Shown piece after piece: positions 47,679 to 56,757 of a stretch of 64,000 bases of DNA (position 1 is the stretch's first letter; each line of letters opens with the position of its first letter). The stretch lies in contig OZ241909.1 in the NCBI GenBank assembly GCA_965203735.1, positions 2,539,809 through 2,603,808 on the forward strand. The letters run 5' to 3'. The notes under the pieces were generated by a model. The model saw only the letters and a list, made by a program, of their open reading frames with translations. It made no database searches and was not told where the DNA came from. This stretch comes from Candidatus Azotimanducaceae bacterium. Its GTDB lineage: Bacteria > Pseudomonadota > Gammaproteobacteria > Pseudomonadales > Azotimanducaceae. The position numbers and the translations under genes are program-made.

Positions 47679-48380
47679 TCACGCCACTATGGCTGGTATA
47701 CCCATGAAGAAGCTGCCAATAAGTACGTAGACGAGATAGGGCACGAGAACGACTATGACACTCGTTCCAATTCGTTTATTCCCCCAACTCCGTAATCCTT
47801 GGACGCTGATAAACACGATCCAAACGAGCGGAATTGTAAAGAGTACAGCCCAAGGTTGTGTCCAACCAATCCATGTAAGAGGAGAAAGTGCGTTTTTCCA
47901 TTCGATACCAAAAGAGGTGATCAAGGCTGCCGTTATCACCGATCCGTACATCGTTGGCATGGCTGCCCAGCAAGTAAATCCAAACCAATTAGTCCAACCG
48001 ATCCGTGTTTCGAACGAAAGTCCGGCCAACCAGTAATAAGAAGCTAGAAGCACCAACCCTATCGTAAATGAAATGGCATATACCAATGGCGCAACAAACG
48101 TAGCACTACGCCTCGCTTCGTCTATTCTTTGAGGGTCCTCAATGCTACGCTGCAGATGCTCGAGCGTTTCTTCGGGCAGCACGTCGATCTCACTCTGCGC
48201 AGACGCGTGGTCTTGCAAGTGTCCTTTGTAAGTTTGGTCATCTGTGAAGTAGGCAGTAATCCCAACATAGATTCCACCACTAAGGAGGACTAAGATCAGT
48301 GGCAACAATATCGGAATGCCCATAGGGAATTCATCGAACAATGATCTTGGTGAAATTAGGATCCTCCAATACCGGTGCAT
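47679..48380 (-). CDS. Yip1-domain (DUF1282-like) membrane protein, paralogue B
   Basis: The N-terminus is MHRYWRILISPRSLFDEF. The TM layout and a helical hydrophilic loop after TM1 are the same as in paralogue A. Confidence 0.6.
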   Translation of the reverse strand: MHRYWRILISPRSLFDEFPMGIPILLPLILVLLSGGIYVGITAYFTDDQTYKGHLQDHASAQSEIDVLPEETLEHLQRSIEDPQRIDEARRSATFVAPLVYAISFTIGLVLLASYYWLAGLSFETRIGWTNWFGFTCWAAMPTMYGSVITAALITSFGIEWKNALSPLTWIGWTQPWAVLFTIPLVWIVFISVQGLRSWGNKRIGTSVIVVLVPYLVYVLIGSFFMGIPAIVA

Positions 48381-48448
48381 GATTTCATTTCTCCCCGATA
48401 GTTGACCCTTTTGCTCGTGAATCGCGTACAGAAAACTTCAACTGAACC

Positions 48449-49246
48449 CTATGCCCTGCTAGCTTGGGCAAGATCTCCCTCTTTGTCGTAAACGAGTTTG
48501 CCATCGCACAAGAATGGGACAGCCTGTGACCAAAGCTTGCCATTCGAAGACACGATGGGTTCTAATGAATACTGCGCCAAGTATGCTCTGCGAAGTGAGT
48601 CGGTTCGGTTGCCCCCACTGCGATGCAGTACTGTGCTTGCGAATACAACAATGCTGCCTTTGGGTACGACAATTTCTACTCCCGGATTTGTGCCGCTGTA
48701 ACCGATTAGGTCGTTGGTTCCTTGCTCGTGTACATGGTCCGCGATAGAGTCCCTAGGAATAACTTCACCGTGCGGAAGTACGGAAATCGTTCCGTTTTCT
48801 CGATTCATGTCGTCGAGAGCGCACCAGCATGTCAGATACGGTTTGTGGGTTGTCGAAGGATCCCGAAACTTGACATAGCCCGAATCCTGATGCCATGCGA
48901 ATTTCATGCCCTGTTCCGCACCCTTGACTACCCACTGCTCATGAAAGAGATAGACGTCAGGTCCAAGGAAGCTTGAACTAATCTCGGCCATGAGGCCGCT
49001 GAATAGGAATTCTGCGACCCGAGGCCGAAGTCGGTATCGATTGGCAATAAAGTATCGCTTGTTGCGATGAGTGATTCCAAAGACTTCGCTTCCTTTGGAA
49101 TCAAGCCACGAGTCTATGTAGCCCATAAAGTATGAGCACTCTTCCCGCAGCGCAACAAGTGTGCTATCGTCTATGACAGATTCCAATATCGCGAACCCAT
49201 TTCCGCGAAATTCAGTCTTTTTGTCTTCAGAGACTCTATAGCTCAT
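48449..49246 (-). CDS. Phytanoyl-CoA dioxygenase (PhyH) family oxygenase
   Basis: The HxD motif lies in FAWHQDSGY. A distal His lies in TVLHRSGGN. Length is 265 aa. Confidence 0.7.
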   Translation of the reverse strand: MSYRVSEDKKTEFRGNGFAILESVIDDSTLVALREECSYFMGYIDSWLDSKGSEVFGITHRNKRYFIANRYRLRPRVAEFLFSGLMAEISSSFLGPDVYLFHEQWVVKGAEQGMKFAWHQDSGYVKFRDPSTTHKPYLTCWCALDDMNRENGTISVLPHGEVIPRDSIADHVHEQGTNDLIGYSGTNPGVEIVVPKGSIVVFASTVLHRSGGNRTDSLRRAYLAQYSLEPIVSSNGKLWSQAVPFLCDGKLVYDKEGDLAQASRA

Positions 49247-49263
49247 GTCAATGCGAACCAGCG

Positions 49264-49743
49264 ATGATGTCTAGTTCGATCTCTGAGACAGAAGAGAAAT
49301 TGGACAAAACGAAACAGCCAACGGAATTCCGAAATATGAGTAGTCCTTCGATCACAGAACTGGTTCCAATGATGATATGCAAGGATGTACAAGCAACCAT
49401 CGAATTCTACCGGGACGTACTGGGCTTCGAAGTACGTGAGCGGATGGACGACGTCGGTACTTCGGGCTGGGCGTCTCTAGAACGAGGTGCCGTTCGATTA
49501 ATGCTCGCAAGTCCTTCATATATTCCTGCTCCCAAGCCTCTAGAGGGACAACTATCCGAAGTTCTCTTCTACTTCTACACTGACGATGTAGTCGGTCTAC
49601 GTGACCACATCGTCCAACGAGACTACCCTGTCAGTGATTTCGCAGTGCGGTTCTACCAAATGAAGGAAATCGAACTTACCGATCCCGAAGGACACGTCCT
49701 GATATTCGGGCAGGATACCGACGAACCGCCCACTCCCGAGTAG
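49264..49743 (+). CDS. VOC/glyoxalase-bleomycin resistance family protein
   Basis: It has the core segment LVPMMICKDVQATIEFYRDVLGFEV. The true start may be the internal Met at aa 25. Confidence 0.7.
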   Translation: MMSSSISETEEKLDKTKQPTEFRNMSSPSITELVPMMICKDVQATIEFYRDVLGFEVRERMDDVGTSGWASLERGAVRLMLASPSYIPAPKPLEGQLSEVLFYFYTDDVVGLRDHIVQRDYPVSDFAVRFYQMKEIELTDPEGHVLIFGQDTDEPPTPE

Positions 49744-49767
49744 CAAATTCGTCGAGTATCAATCGGA

Positions 49768-50949
49768 CTAAGCGAAGTCGAGTCCGTACAACTCCTCTAC
49801 GTTGGTTCGCGTAATCTTAGTGCGCTCGGATTCAGGAACTCCATCAAACATTTCATCGATTACATTGAGTGAACATGGCCAGGTGGAATCAACATGAGGA
49901 TAGTCTGATCCCCACATGAGGTTGTTCACTCCAATGAGCGATCTTGTCAAGATCGCAGGTCGGTCATCTTCAATCGTTGCATAAAACTGCCGAGACCACA
50001 CCTCGTGCGGACTCTCACCTGAATAGTCATTAGTTCCTCGAAACTTACTCTCTCGCTGAATGGCTTGATCTACTCTGTCTAACCAGTGAGCGATCCATCC
50101 ACCGTTGAATTCGGCAACCACAAACTTAAGCCTTGGATGGCGAGTTGCGGGCCCTCTACAAATTAAGTCCACAAGTGTACGTTGAATCGCGGTTTGAGAT
50201 GAAGCGTAGTCTTGAATCGGGTCCCGCAATGCACGGTTTTGACGAAACTCTCTAGGGGTATAGGCATTCGTACCTACGTGCATCGAGAGAGGGAAGCTTG
50301 CTTCTTCAGCTCTCGCCCAAATTGGGTCGTAGCAGGGATCGCTATAAGGTTGCTCCGGAGGCGCGGTGCAAGGAATGCATCCCCCCTTGTAACCCATCTT
50401 GACCACACGGTCTAGCTCAACTAAAGCAGCAGTTGGATCTTGAATGGGAATCGCAGCAAGGCCATAGAGACGACCATTGCCAGCACTAGAGTAGTCGTGA
50501 AGCCAGTCGTTGTAGTTCTTTTGACAAGCTACGAGTAACTGCGGATTTTCAAAACTAAACAATCCAAAGAAACCGGGATAGAGAAATTCCGCTTTGATTC
50601 CATCTTCGTCCTGATCTATGAAACGCTTCGACCCATCGCGTATCCCCACACGAATTCCGTCGTAGCCCTGTGCCATAATCTTGACGACATCTGTGGCGGA
50701 CATGTCGTCGACATTGGGCTTTCTACCATGCCGTCGTGTTATTGCCGTATCTTCGCCATCACGCCTTCTCAATCCAGCGATACCGATTCGGCGACGTATA
50801 CCCGCAGCGCCTTTCGAAGGAATGACGATTGCATCTCGATTGGTCCCCGCATACATGATTCGCGGTGCGTCGTCTCCAAACTTGTCGGAGAGACCAATGA
50901 ATACGTCTTCCGCTTCAACGACATGGGAGTCCGCTGAAATTGGTTGCAT
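49768..50949 (-). CDS. Amidohydrolase_2 (ACMSD/LigW-like metal-dependent hydrolase/decarboxylase) family protein
   Basis: It has the N-terminal ISADSHV and the C-terminal LMWGSDYPHVDSTWP motif. Length is 393 aa. Confidence 0.75.
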   Translation of the reverse strand: MQPISADSHVVEAEDVFIGLSDKFGDDAPRIMYAGTNRDAIVIPSKGAAGIRRRIGIAGLRRRDGEDTAITRRHGRKPNVDDMSATDVVKIMAQGYDGIRVGIRDGSKRFIDQDEDGIKAEFLYPGFFGLFSFENPQLLVACQKNYNDWLHDYSSAGNGRLYGLAAIPIQDPTAALVELDRVVKMGYKGGCIPCTAPPEQPYSDPCYDPIWARAEEASFPLSMHVGTNAYTPREFRQNRALRDPIQDYASSQTAIQRTLVDLICRGPATRHPRLKFVVAEFNGGWIAHWLDRVDQAIQRESKFRGTNDYSGESPHEVWSRQFYATIEDDRPAILTRSLIGVNNLMWGSDYPHVDSTWPCSLNVIDEMFDGVPESERTKITRTNVEELYGLDFA

Positions 50950-51204
50950 CTAGATTTACCTTCTATTCGTCCGAAAACCTAATAATACAAGCGACTTCAG
51001 CCAACACTAAAGCAAAGTGGGCCACGAGCATACAATTTTCGCCACGGACTCGCGATAAAGCCATGTAACCGGAATTCAATCTATTGGACGACACGGTCTG
51101 CCGTGAGATTGGCAACAGGTACTCCGAGCGGGGTTACCAATTCTCTTGTTTCCGTCTTTTCTTTACGGTTTCGTTTCGTTCTGCAAAGTGGCCGCTAGCA
51201 GTTG

Positions 51205-52062
51205 CTAGTCTTCCGATGCTTTAGCAAGGTGCTTCTTGAAGAAGTCAACTGTCAGCTTCTCCACGCGATTTCGGTCGTCCTCTTCATGAAAGCTATGCCC
51301 TGCTCCTTCAATCACCACAAAGTCGACTACGGTCTCAATTTCACTGAGTGCTGCGTGCATTCGACGGCTGTGCTCGATTGGAACTAGCTCGTCCTGATCG
51401 CCATGAAGGAGAAGAACAGGGGGATCATCTTTCGAGACGAACTCGATTGGAGAATTCTCAGCTGCCAATTCAGTGCCGATTCTCAAAGCCGGGTTGTCGG
51501 ACTCGCCACTGACAATTTCCTTCAGGTCCACGACGGGGTAGTAAGCAACCACAGCCTGCACCCGATTCGAAACACGTTCGATGGGGTCTTCCGCCGACTC
51601 CAAACCATCATCGCTCGACAATCCAAGCATCAGGGAGAGGTGACCGCCAGCGCTTAGTCCCATAACCCCGATCCGATCCGGGTCGATCTCATACTTTTCC
51701 GCATTCGATCTGATATGTCGTACAGCTCTGCGGACATCTGTCACAGCTTCAGGCACCTGACAGCGTGGTGCGCTTCCGTGATTGACTGCAAACACCGTAA
51801 AACCTTCGTCCGTCAAGTAGGAAGTGAATGAATCCAAGAAGTCCATGTTGCTTTTTGGGGAAAACCAGCCACCGCTGATCATGAACAACACAGCTGCATT
51901 GTTCTTGGTCTCCGGTGCAAGAACGTGATATATGAGCGCCATCCCATCTTTGTAGCCATAGATAACGTCCTCATCCTTTTGCGTCGATGCTGATACGGCC
52001 CCAGACATAGCGACAAAGACCAAGGATGTCCATAGAGACCATTTGTTTGCGAGTGCTTTCAA
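51205..52062 (-). CDS. Secreted alpha/beta hydrolase (esterase type)
   Basis: The nucleophile elbow is GLSAGGHLS, with LLLHGDQDELVP and GAGHSF also present. TTG 52062 is preceded by GAGGAG and gives a clean signal peptide, MKALANKWSLWTSLVFVAMSGAVSAS. The six-frame ORF extends to GTG 52209. Confidence 0.7.
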   Translation of the reverse strand: MKALANKWSLWTSLVFVAMSGAVSASTQKDEDVIYGYKDGMALIYHVLAPETKNNAAVLFMISGGWFSPKSNMDFLDSFTSYLTDEGFTVFAVNHGSAPRCQVPEAVTDVRRAVRHIRSNAEKYEIDPDRIGVMGLSAGGHLSLMLGLSSDDGLESAEDPIERVSNRVQAVVAYYPVVDLKEIVSGESDNPALRIGTELAAENSPIEFVSKDDPPVLLLHGDQDELVPIEHSRRMHAALSEIETVVDFVVIEGAGHSFHEEDDRNRVEKLTVDFFKKHLAKASED

Positions 52063-52193
52063 TTGAATTCTCCTCAATTCGATTTGACCCCACAGGAATT
52101 CTTTTCTTCTACCTTCTAGTGACCTTCGGTCGGCGGGGTCTCCGCTCTTTACGGTCCAAGCTATGAATCGATTACTTATGAACAATGACAGGG

Positions 52194-52311
52194 CGTGAAG
52201 TACGCCCACATGCTTCGTGAAGTCGTAGCGGGCTTAACTTCAGCCAATCAATGGGGTGGCGAAGTTCACGCACACAAGTCGTGAAGTACCAATATCCGTT
52301 CTACGTGAAGG
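52194..52311. promoter_or_regulatory. Cluster of CGTGAAG(T) motifs (candidate transcription-factor binding array)
   Basis: CGTGAAGT occurs at 52194, 52216 and 52280, and CGTGAAGG at 52304. An inverted CGTGAAC lies at 52261-52270. The first copy sits in the hairpin GGGCGT-GAAGT-ACGCCC. Confidence 0.3.
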
Positions 52312-52493
52312 TTCTTCTCCAATTCCCTCGAACAACACCGCTGCGAGATGGGCAATGAGTATCTGATTTTTGCAACCAAGTCAACGTAAAGCGTTGTAGC
52401 CATCGTGCAAGTGGACGAAAGACACGGTCTCTCTAGGATTGGAGAACTGCTATTCCGTGCAGAGTTCCCAATTCTCTCGATTGCGTCTGTTCG

Positions 52494-54746
52494 CTAAGAA
52501 TCGGTTCCGTTCTGCGAAATAGCTTCGAGCACTCTCGGCGGCGACATTGGCAATTCAGTCATACGAATATCAAGCGCTCGACTAACCGCGTTTCCAATTG
52601 CAGCCAGCGGAGCGACGATCGGAGTTTCTCCACATCCTCGCACACCATAAGGATGATTTGGATTAGGCACTTCGATAATCTCGGTATCGATCATGGGAAT
52701 GTCAGAGCACACAGGTATTCGATAATCAAGAAAACCCGGATTCTCGAGCACACCTTCGTTGTCGTATATGTACTCCTCGTTGAGAGCCCAACCTATACCC
52801 TGAACCGCACCGCCCTGCATCTGTCCTTCCACGTAATCAGGATGGATTGCGGTGCCCGCATCCTGAATTGAAGTGAAGTTGATGACTGTCACGCTTCCAG
52901 TTTCTTGGTCTACATCCACGTCAGACATGTTCACAGAAAATGCCGGTCCGGGGCCTTGTGCGTTGAGAGCTGCACGACCCGAAATCGGACCGCCGGTTCG
53001 AGCTGCTCCACGAGCTAGGTCACGAAGCGACAGAGGATCCGCCTCAACGTTTACTCCTTGCCTAGGCGTGGCTACACCGTTGCTCCAATCAACTTGATCC
53101 ATTTCCAGACCCCAGGTCCTTGCAGCGCGTTTGCGCAACTCTGCGATCACTTCTTCACAAGCTTTCACTACAGCTAGACCTGTGGCGAACGTTGTTCTGC
53201 TTCCACCAGTAGTAGCACAGTATCCCGTGCTATCGGTGTCCGCGATGTTCACTCGGACTCGGTCATAGGACACTCCGAGAGTTTCAGCCGCCATCAAAGC
53301 CATGGACGCTCGGCTGCCTCCTATATCGGGACTCCCTTCAACAACCATAACCATTCCCGAATCGGTAATGTGAACCTCAGCACTAGACTGATTTCCGCCG
53401 TTGAACCAAAAACCTACAGCAATGCCTCGTCCTTCGTTCTCGCCAAGCTCTCTTTGATAGTTGGGGTGTTGCTTTGCAGCCAATAGACACTCCTTAAGTC
53501 CGATCGCCTGAAACTTCGGTCCGTATGCAGCCTGTGTACCTTCCTCGGCAGCGTTCTTGAGTCGGAAGTCGATGGGGTCCATTCCTATCTGCTGTGCAAG
53601 TTCGTCGATTACGCACTCGCCGGCATACATGGATTGCGGTGCTCCCGGTGCTCGATATGCAGCTACTCTCGGTCTATTAACTACGACATCGTAGCCTTCG
53701 ATTAGTACATTCTCAACGTCGTAAGGCGCAAAGATGCACATGCTTCCCGCTCCGACGGGACTTCCCGGATATGCGCCTGCCTCATAGATAAGCTCCGCAT
53801 ACATCGCAGTAATGGTTCCATCTCTCTTGCACCCAATCTTGATGGTGTTCACCGAACCAGATGCGGGTCCAGTTGCACGAAAGACCTCATCACGAGTCAT
53901 TACCATGCGAACGGGCCGCGAGCTCTTCTGCGACAGTTTCAGCGCGAGCGGCTCGAGGTAGATGGTCGTCTTGCCTCCAAATCCGCCACCGATCTCGCTA
54001 GCAGTGACTTTCAGATCGCCCATGTCCATTCCCATCATTCGGGCGGTGGAGTTTCGGACGTCAAAGTGCCCTTGCGTACAACACCAAACAGTTGCCTTCC
54101 CATTCTCCTGATAGTTTCCGGTGCACGCGTGAGGTTCAATGTAGCCTTGATGAACCATCGGTGTTATGAAAGTTCTCTCCACAACGTGGTCTGCATCCTC
54201 AAATCCCTTTTGTACATCGCCTCTGCTAATCGTCTGTTTTCGTGAGACATTGGAGGGTTTGCTTGGTTGTGTCTCAAGACCAGAGGTAAACATGTCCTCG
54301 TGCAGCACCGGAGCATCGTCTCGCATTGCACTTACAGCATCCAATACCGATTCCAATGGCTCGTAGTCAACCTTGATGGCATTGAGCCCCTCGTCTGCAG
54401 CGGCGGAAGACAACGCAGCGACGGCGGCTACCGCATGGCCGTGATAGAGAACTTTGTCGCCAGTAATGATGTTCTCTGCAAATCGCTTCAATCCTGGACT
54501 GCCGGTTCGAGTGTTAGGAAAGTCCTCTGAGGTTACCACCGCAAGAACACCAGGAATACGCTCGGCTTGGGAAATATCAATCGAACGAACCTTGGCATGA
54601 GCATGTGGACTTCGAAGCACTTTGCCCCACAGCATCCCAGGCAGAATCTCATCCGCTCCAAACTTGGCGCGCCCCGTGACCTTTTCGATCCCGTCAGGTC
54701 GAATTGGTCGGGTTCCTATATATTGATAGTCGATTGTTTCGCTCAT
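52494..54746 (-). CDS. Xanthine dehydrogenase/aldehyde oxidase family molybdopterin-binding large subunit
   Basis: 750 aa. The N-terminal a/b-hammerhead region is GRAKFGADE...LWGKVLRSPHAHAKVRSID, followed by Mo-binding domains. No 2Fe-2S or FAD subunit gene is adjacent. Confidence 0.85.
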   Translation of the reverse strand: MSETIDYQYIGTRPIRPDGIEKVTGRAKFGADEILPGMLWGKVLRSPHAHAKVRSIDISQAERIPGVLAVVTSEDFPNTRTGSPGLKRFAENIITGDKVLYHGHAVAAVAALSSAAADEGLNAIKVDYEPLESVLDAVSAMRDDAPVLHEDMFTSGLETQPSKPSNVSRKQTISRGDVQKGFEDADHVVERTFITPMVHQGYIEPHACTGNYQENGKATVWCCTQGHFDVRNSTARMMGMDMGDLKVTASEIGGGFGGKTTIYLEPLALKLSQKSSRPVRMVMTRDEVFRATGPASGSVNTIKIGCKRDGTITAMYAELIYEAGAYPGSPVGAGSMCIFAPYDVENVLIEGYDVVVNRPRVAAYRAPGAPQSMYAGECVIDELAQQIGMDPIDFRLKNAAEEGTQAAYGPKFQAIGLKECLLAAKQHPNYQRELGENEGRGIAVGFWFNGGNQSSAEVHITDSGMVMVVEGSPDIGGSRASMALMAAETLGVSYDRVRVNIADTDSTGYCATTGGSRTTFATGLAVVKACEEVIAELRKRAARTWGLEMDQVDWSNGVATPRQGVNVEADPLSLRDLARGAARTGGPISGRAALNAQGPGPAFSVNMSDVDVDQETGSVTVINFTSIQDAGTAIHPDYVEGQMQGGAVQGIGWALNEEYIYDNEGVLENPGFLDYRIPVCSDIPMIDTEIIEVPNPNHPYGVRGCGETPIVAPLAAIGNAVSRALDIRMTELPMSPPRVLEAISQNGTDS

Positions 54747-54775
54747 TTCTTAATTTTCCTTGAGTAGCTTGATGT

Positions 54776-55600
54776 CTATGCCGTCTGAGGTTGCGACGGC
54801 AACCCGATCAAAGTGTGATCCATAGCATTAAGACCAAGTTTTTCTTGAATGGAGGTCGCCGCGCCTGTCTGTCGTATTAGGTCTTCAGGTCGGTGGGCAT
54901 CCGCGTTTACGATTGTCTTCACGTCGTATTCCGTCGCCAGTTCCCAAAATGGCAACCAAGGATACAGAGGATAAGGATTGTGGGGTTTCTTGCGTCCGAT
55001 TTTTGCTAATCCCAAAGCATTGATCTCCAAACCCACATTGTGCTCTTGCGCAGCAGAGAGGATGTCTCGGCTACAAGCGATCGTATCTGCATCCCAGTCT
55101 CGATAACAAACTCCGAATAGGTCCGGATGTGCGATGAATGCGAACAATCCACTCGCAATCATCTCTTGCACATACTTGCCGTAATGACGTAGAGCTTTGG
55201 AGTCCGCTGCCCCACTATACGCACCGTGCCAGTTTCCGTAATCGTCAGTGAAGAAATGCGGACCACCCACGAGGTACTCAAATTCGTGCTGACCGAAGAG
55301 TTCATCTTCGTAGAACGCATGGAATTTTGGAATATATTCACATTCCATTCCAAGTAATATCCGCAGTGAAGGATATTCCTGCTTGGCCTTATTTACCGCC
55401 GCGACGTATCCTTCTAGCTCGGAATAGTCCATTCTTGCCGAAATCCAACGATTGTCTGGCAATGCGGTGTGGTCCGAGAATCCTATGGTCTCCATCCCCA
55501 GATCTACCGCTTGGCGACAGTAGTCGGTTGTCTCCCCGCGTGCGTGTTTGCAACGGAATGTGTGAGTATGAAAGTTGTGCTTGAACTCAGAATCCAACAT
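54776..55600 (-). CDS. PHP-domain histidinol-phosphatase family (HisJ/HisK-like) protein
   Basis: It has the N-terminal HTHTFRCKHARGE, plus GFSDH, IAHPD and NADAH metal-ligand motifs. Length is 274 aa. Confidence 0.75.
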   Translation of the reverse strand: MLDSEFKHNFHTHTFRCKHARGETTDYCRQAVDLGMETIGFSDHTALPDNRWISARMDYSELEGYVAAVNKAKQEYPSLRILLGMECEYIPKFHAFYEDELFGQHEFEYLVGGPHFFTDDYGNWHGAYSGAADSKALRHYGKYVQEMIASGLFAFIAHPDLFGVCYRDWDADTIACSRDILSAAQEHNVGLEINALGLAKIGRKKPHNPYPLYPWLPFWELATEYDVKTIVNADAHRPEDLIRQTGAATSIQEKLGLNAMDHTLIGLPSQPQTA

Positions 55601-55863
55601 GGTTAACGCCCTCAGTTGGGCGCGTACGAGAACGTGAATCTGTTGATTCTAACAAGCGACCTCAATGTGAGGAGTAAACGACGCTAAGGAAGGATTGGCA
55701 TGCCGGCACTAGTACGCATGCTCGAAGGTTGCGAGAAACAACAAACAAGCGTAACCAAGGAGTCTGGCATGACCTGCAGACCCGCTGATTTGTCAAGAAA
55801 ATCTGAATTACTGAGAGCCGCTACTGTATCGACTCATCAAAACGAGTGGACGAAGAATACAGT

Positions 55864-56175
55864 CTACTCGTCACCCATGTCTTCGCTTTCCTCAACATCG
55901 GTCATTTCAACTGATTCGGCGTCTTCGACATCGGTCATCTCGGTGGTGTCACCATCATCCATGGATTCACTCTCTTCGACATCGGTCATCTCGGTGGTGT
56001 CTCCATCGTCCATGGATTCACTCTCCTCGAGATCGGTCATACCTGTTGCGGCTGGTTCCTCCAATTCAGTCATTTCTTCGGTATCGGAGTCGTCTGCATC
56101 GCCACCATTTCCGCCTGCACAACCAGCGAGAAACGCAATTACTACGATTGCCATACCGAGTGTTCGTATCTTCAT
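55864..56175 (-). CDS. Highly acidic, Met-rich repeat lipoprotein
   Basis: ATG 56175 is preceded by GAGGGA. The lipobox signal is MKIRTLGMAIVVIAFLAGCAG. The mature part is about 84 aa with repeated MTD[VL]EE and ESESMDDGDTTE units. The six-frame ORF extends to 56232. Confidence 0.55.
   Translation of the reverse strand: MKIRTLGMAIVVIAFLAGCAGGNGGDADDSDTEEMTELEEPAATGMTDLEESESMDDGDTTEMTDVEESESMDDGDTTEMTDVEDAESVEMTDVEESEDMGDE
55891..56040. repeat. Coding tandem repeat: two near-identical 51-bp units plus flanking partial copies
   Basis: Unit 55924-55974 and unit 55975-56025 differ at 2 positions by my reading. The 15-nt core (C/T)TC(A/G)A(C/G)ATCGGTCAT recurs at 55891, 55924, 55975 and 56026. 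Confidence 0.8.
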
Positions 56176-56363
56176 GAGATTGTCCCTCAAACTACCTAAC
56201 CATTCCGCACTATCCAAGCCAATCCGAACCATCGGAAGTTCCCAGCAAATAGAGCGTTGGGCAACGTTATGTTAACACGACTAGCACTACATGGGAAGAC
56301 GAGTCGAGAAATCCCGTGGAGTTATTGGGTCGGAAGGGCGAGGAAGCTCCTTTTCGTGTCAGC

Positions 56364-56756
56364 CTAAGAGGTAGAAACGGGAGTTTCGAAACAGATCGTT
56401 CGCTCATCTGGATCCTTCAGGAACGTCTGTTTCATAGGGTAGAACGCCGTCTTTGGCGTACTCGCTTTCAATCCGTTTGACTCAAACGAACGATGGAGCG
56501 AATCCACATCGTCGCAGATGAAGTAGAGTTCTATTTCATGGTGGGTACGATTGCGGAAACTCTCACCTTCTTCGCTTGTACTCTGTTGCAGCATGATCTC
56601 CGCTTGGTCGAACTTCATGCTGCACCACATCAGTTTGCCTTCGGGTGTCCACGTTTCAGAAACACTGAAACCAAGTCGTTCATAGAAATCCACTGACTTC
56701 GCAATATCGTCTACCCATAGTAAAGGTGAAACGATGACAGAGGGTGTACTTACCAT
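56364..56756 (-). CDS. VOC/glyoxalase family protein
   Basis: 130 aa. The core segment is LLWVDDIAKSVDFYERLGFSV. The start lies 1 nt after the upstream dehydrogenase stop region, a 1-nt gap. Confidence 0.7.
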   Translation of the reverse strand: MVSTPSVIVSPLLWVDDIAKSVDFYERLGFSVSETWTPEGKLMWCSMKFDQAEIMLQQSTSEEGESFRNRTHHEIELYFICDDVDSLHRSFESNGLKASTPKTAFYPMKQTFLKDPDERTICFETPVSTS

Positions 56757-56757
56757 C

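Noticed and set aside
55891-56040. Regularly spaced repeats that could superficially suggest a CRISPR-like array.
   Set aside because: The units are directly abutting 51-bp coding repeats with no unique spacers. They translate into the repeat units of the acidic lipoprotein.
55700-56275. 191-aa Ser-rich ORF on the plus strand.
   Set aside because: It is the mirror frame of the acidic repeat lipoprotein gene. It has no Shine-Dalgarno sequence, no signal peptide and no recognisable domain. The minus-strand ORF has a Shine-Dalgarno sequence, an ATG and a lipobox.
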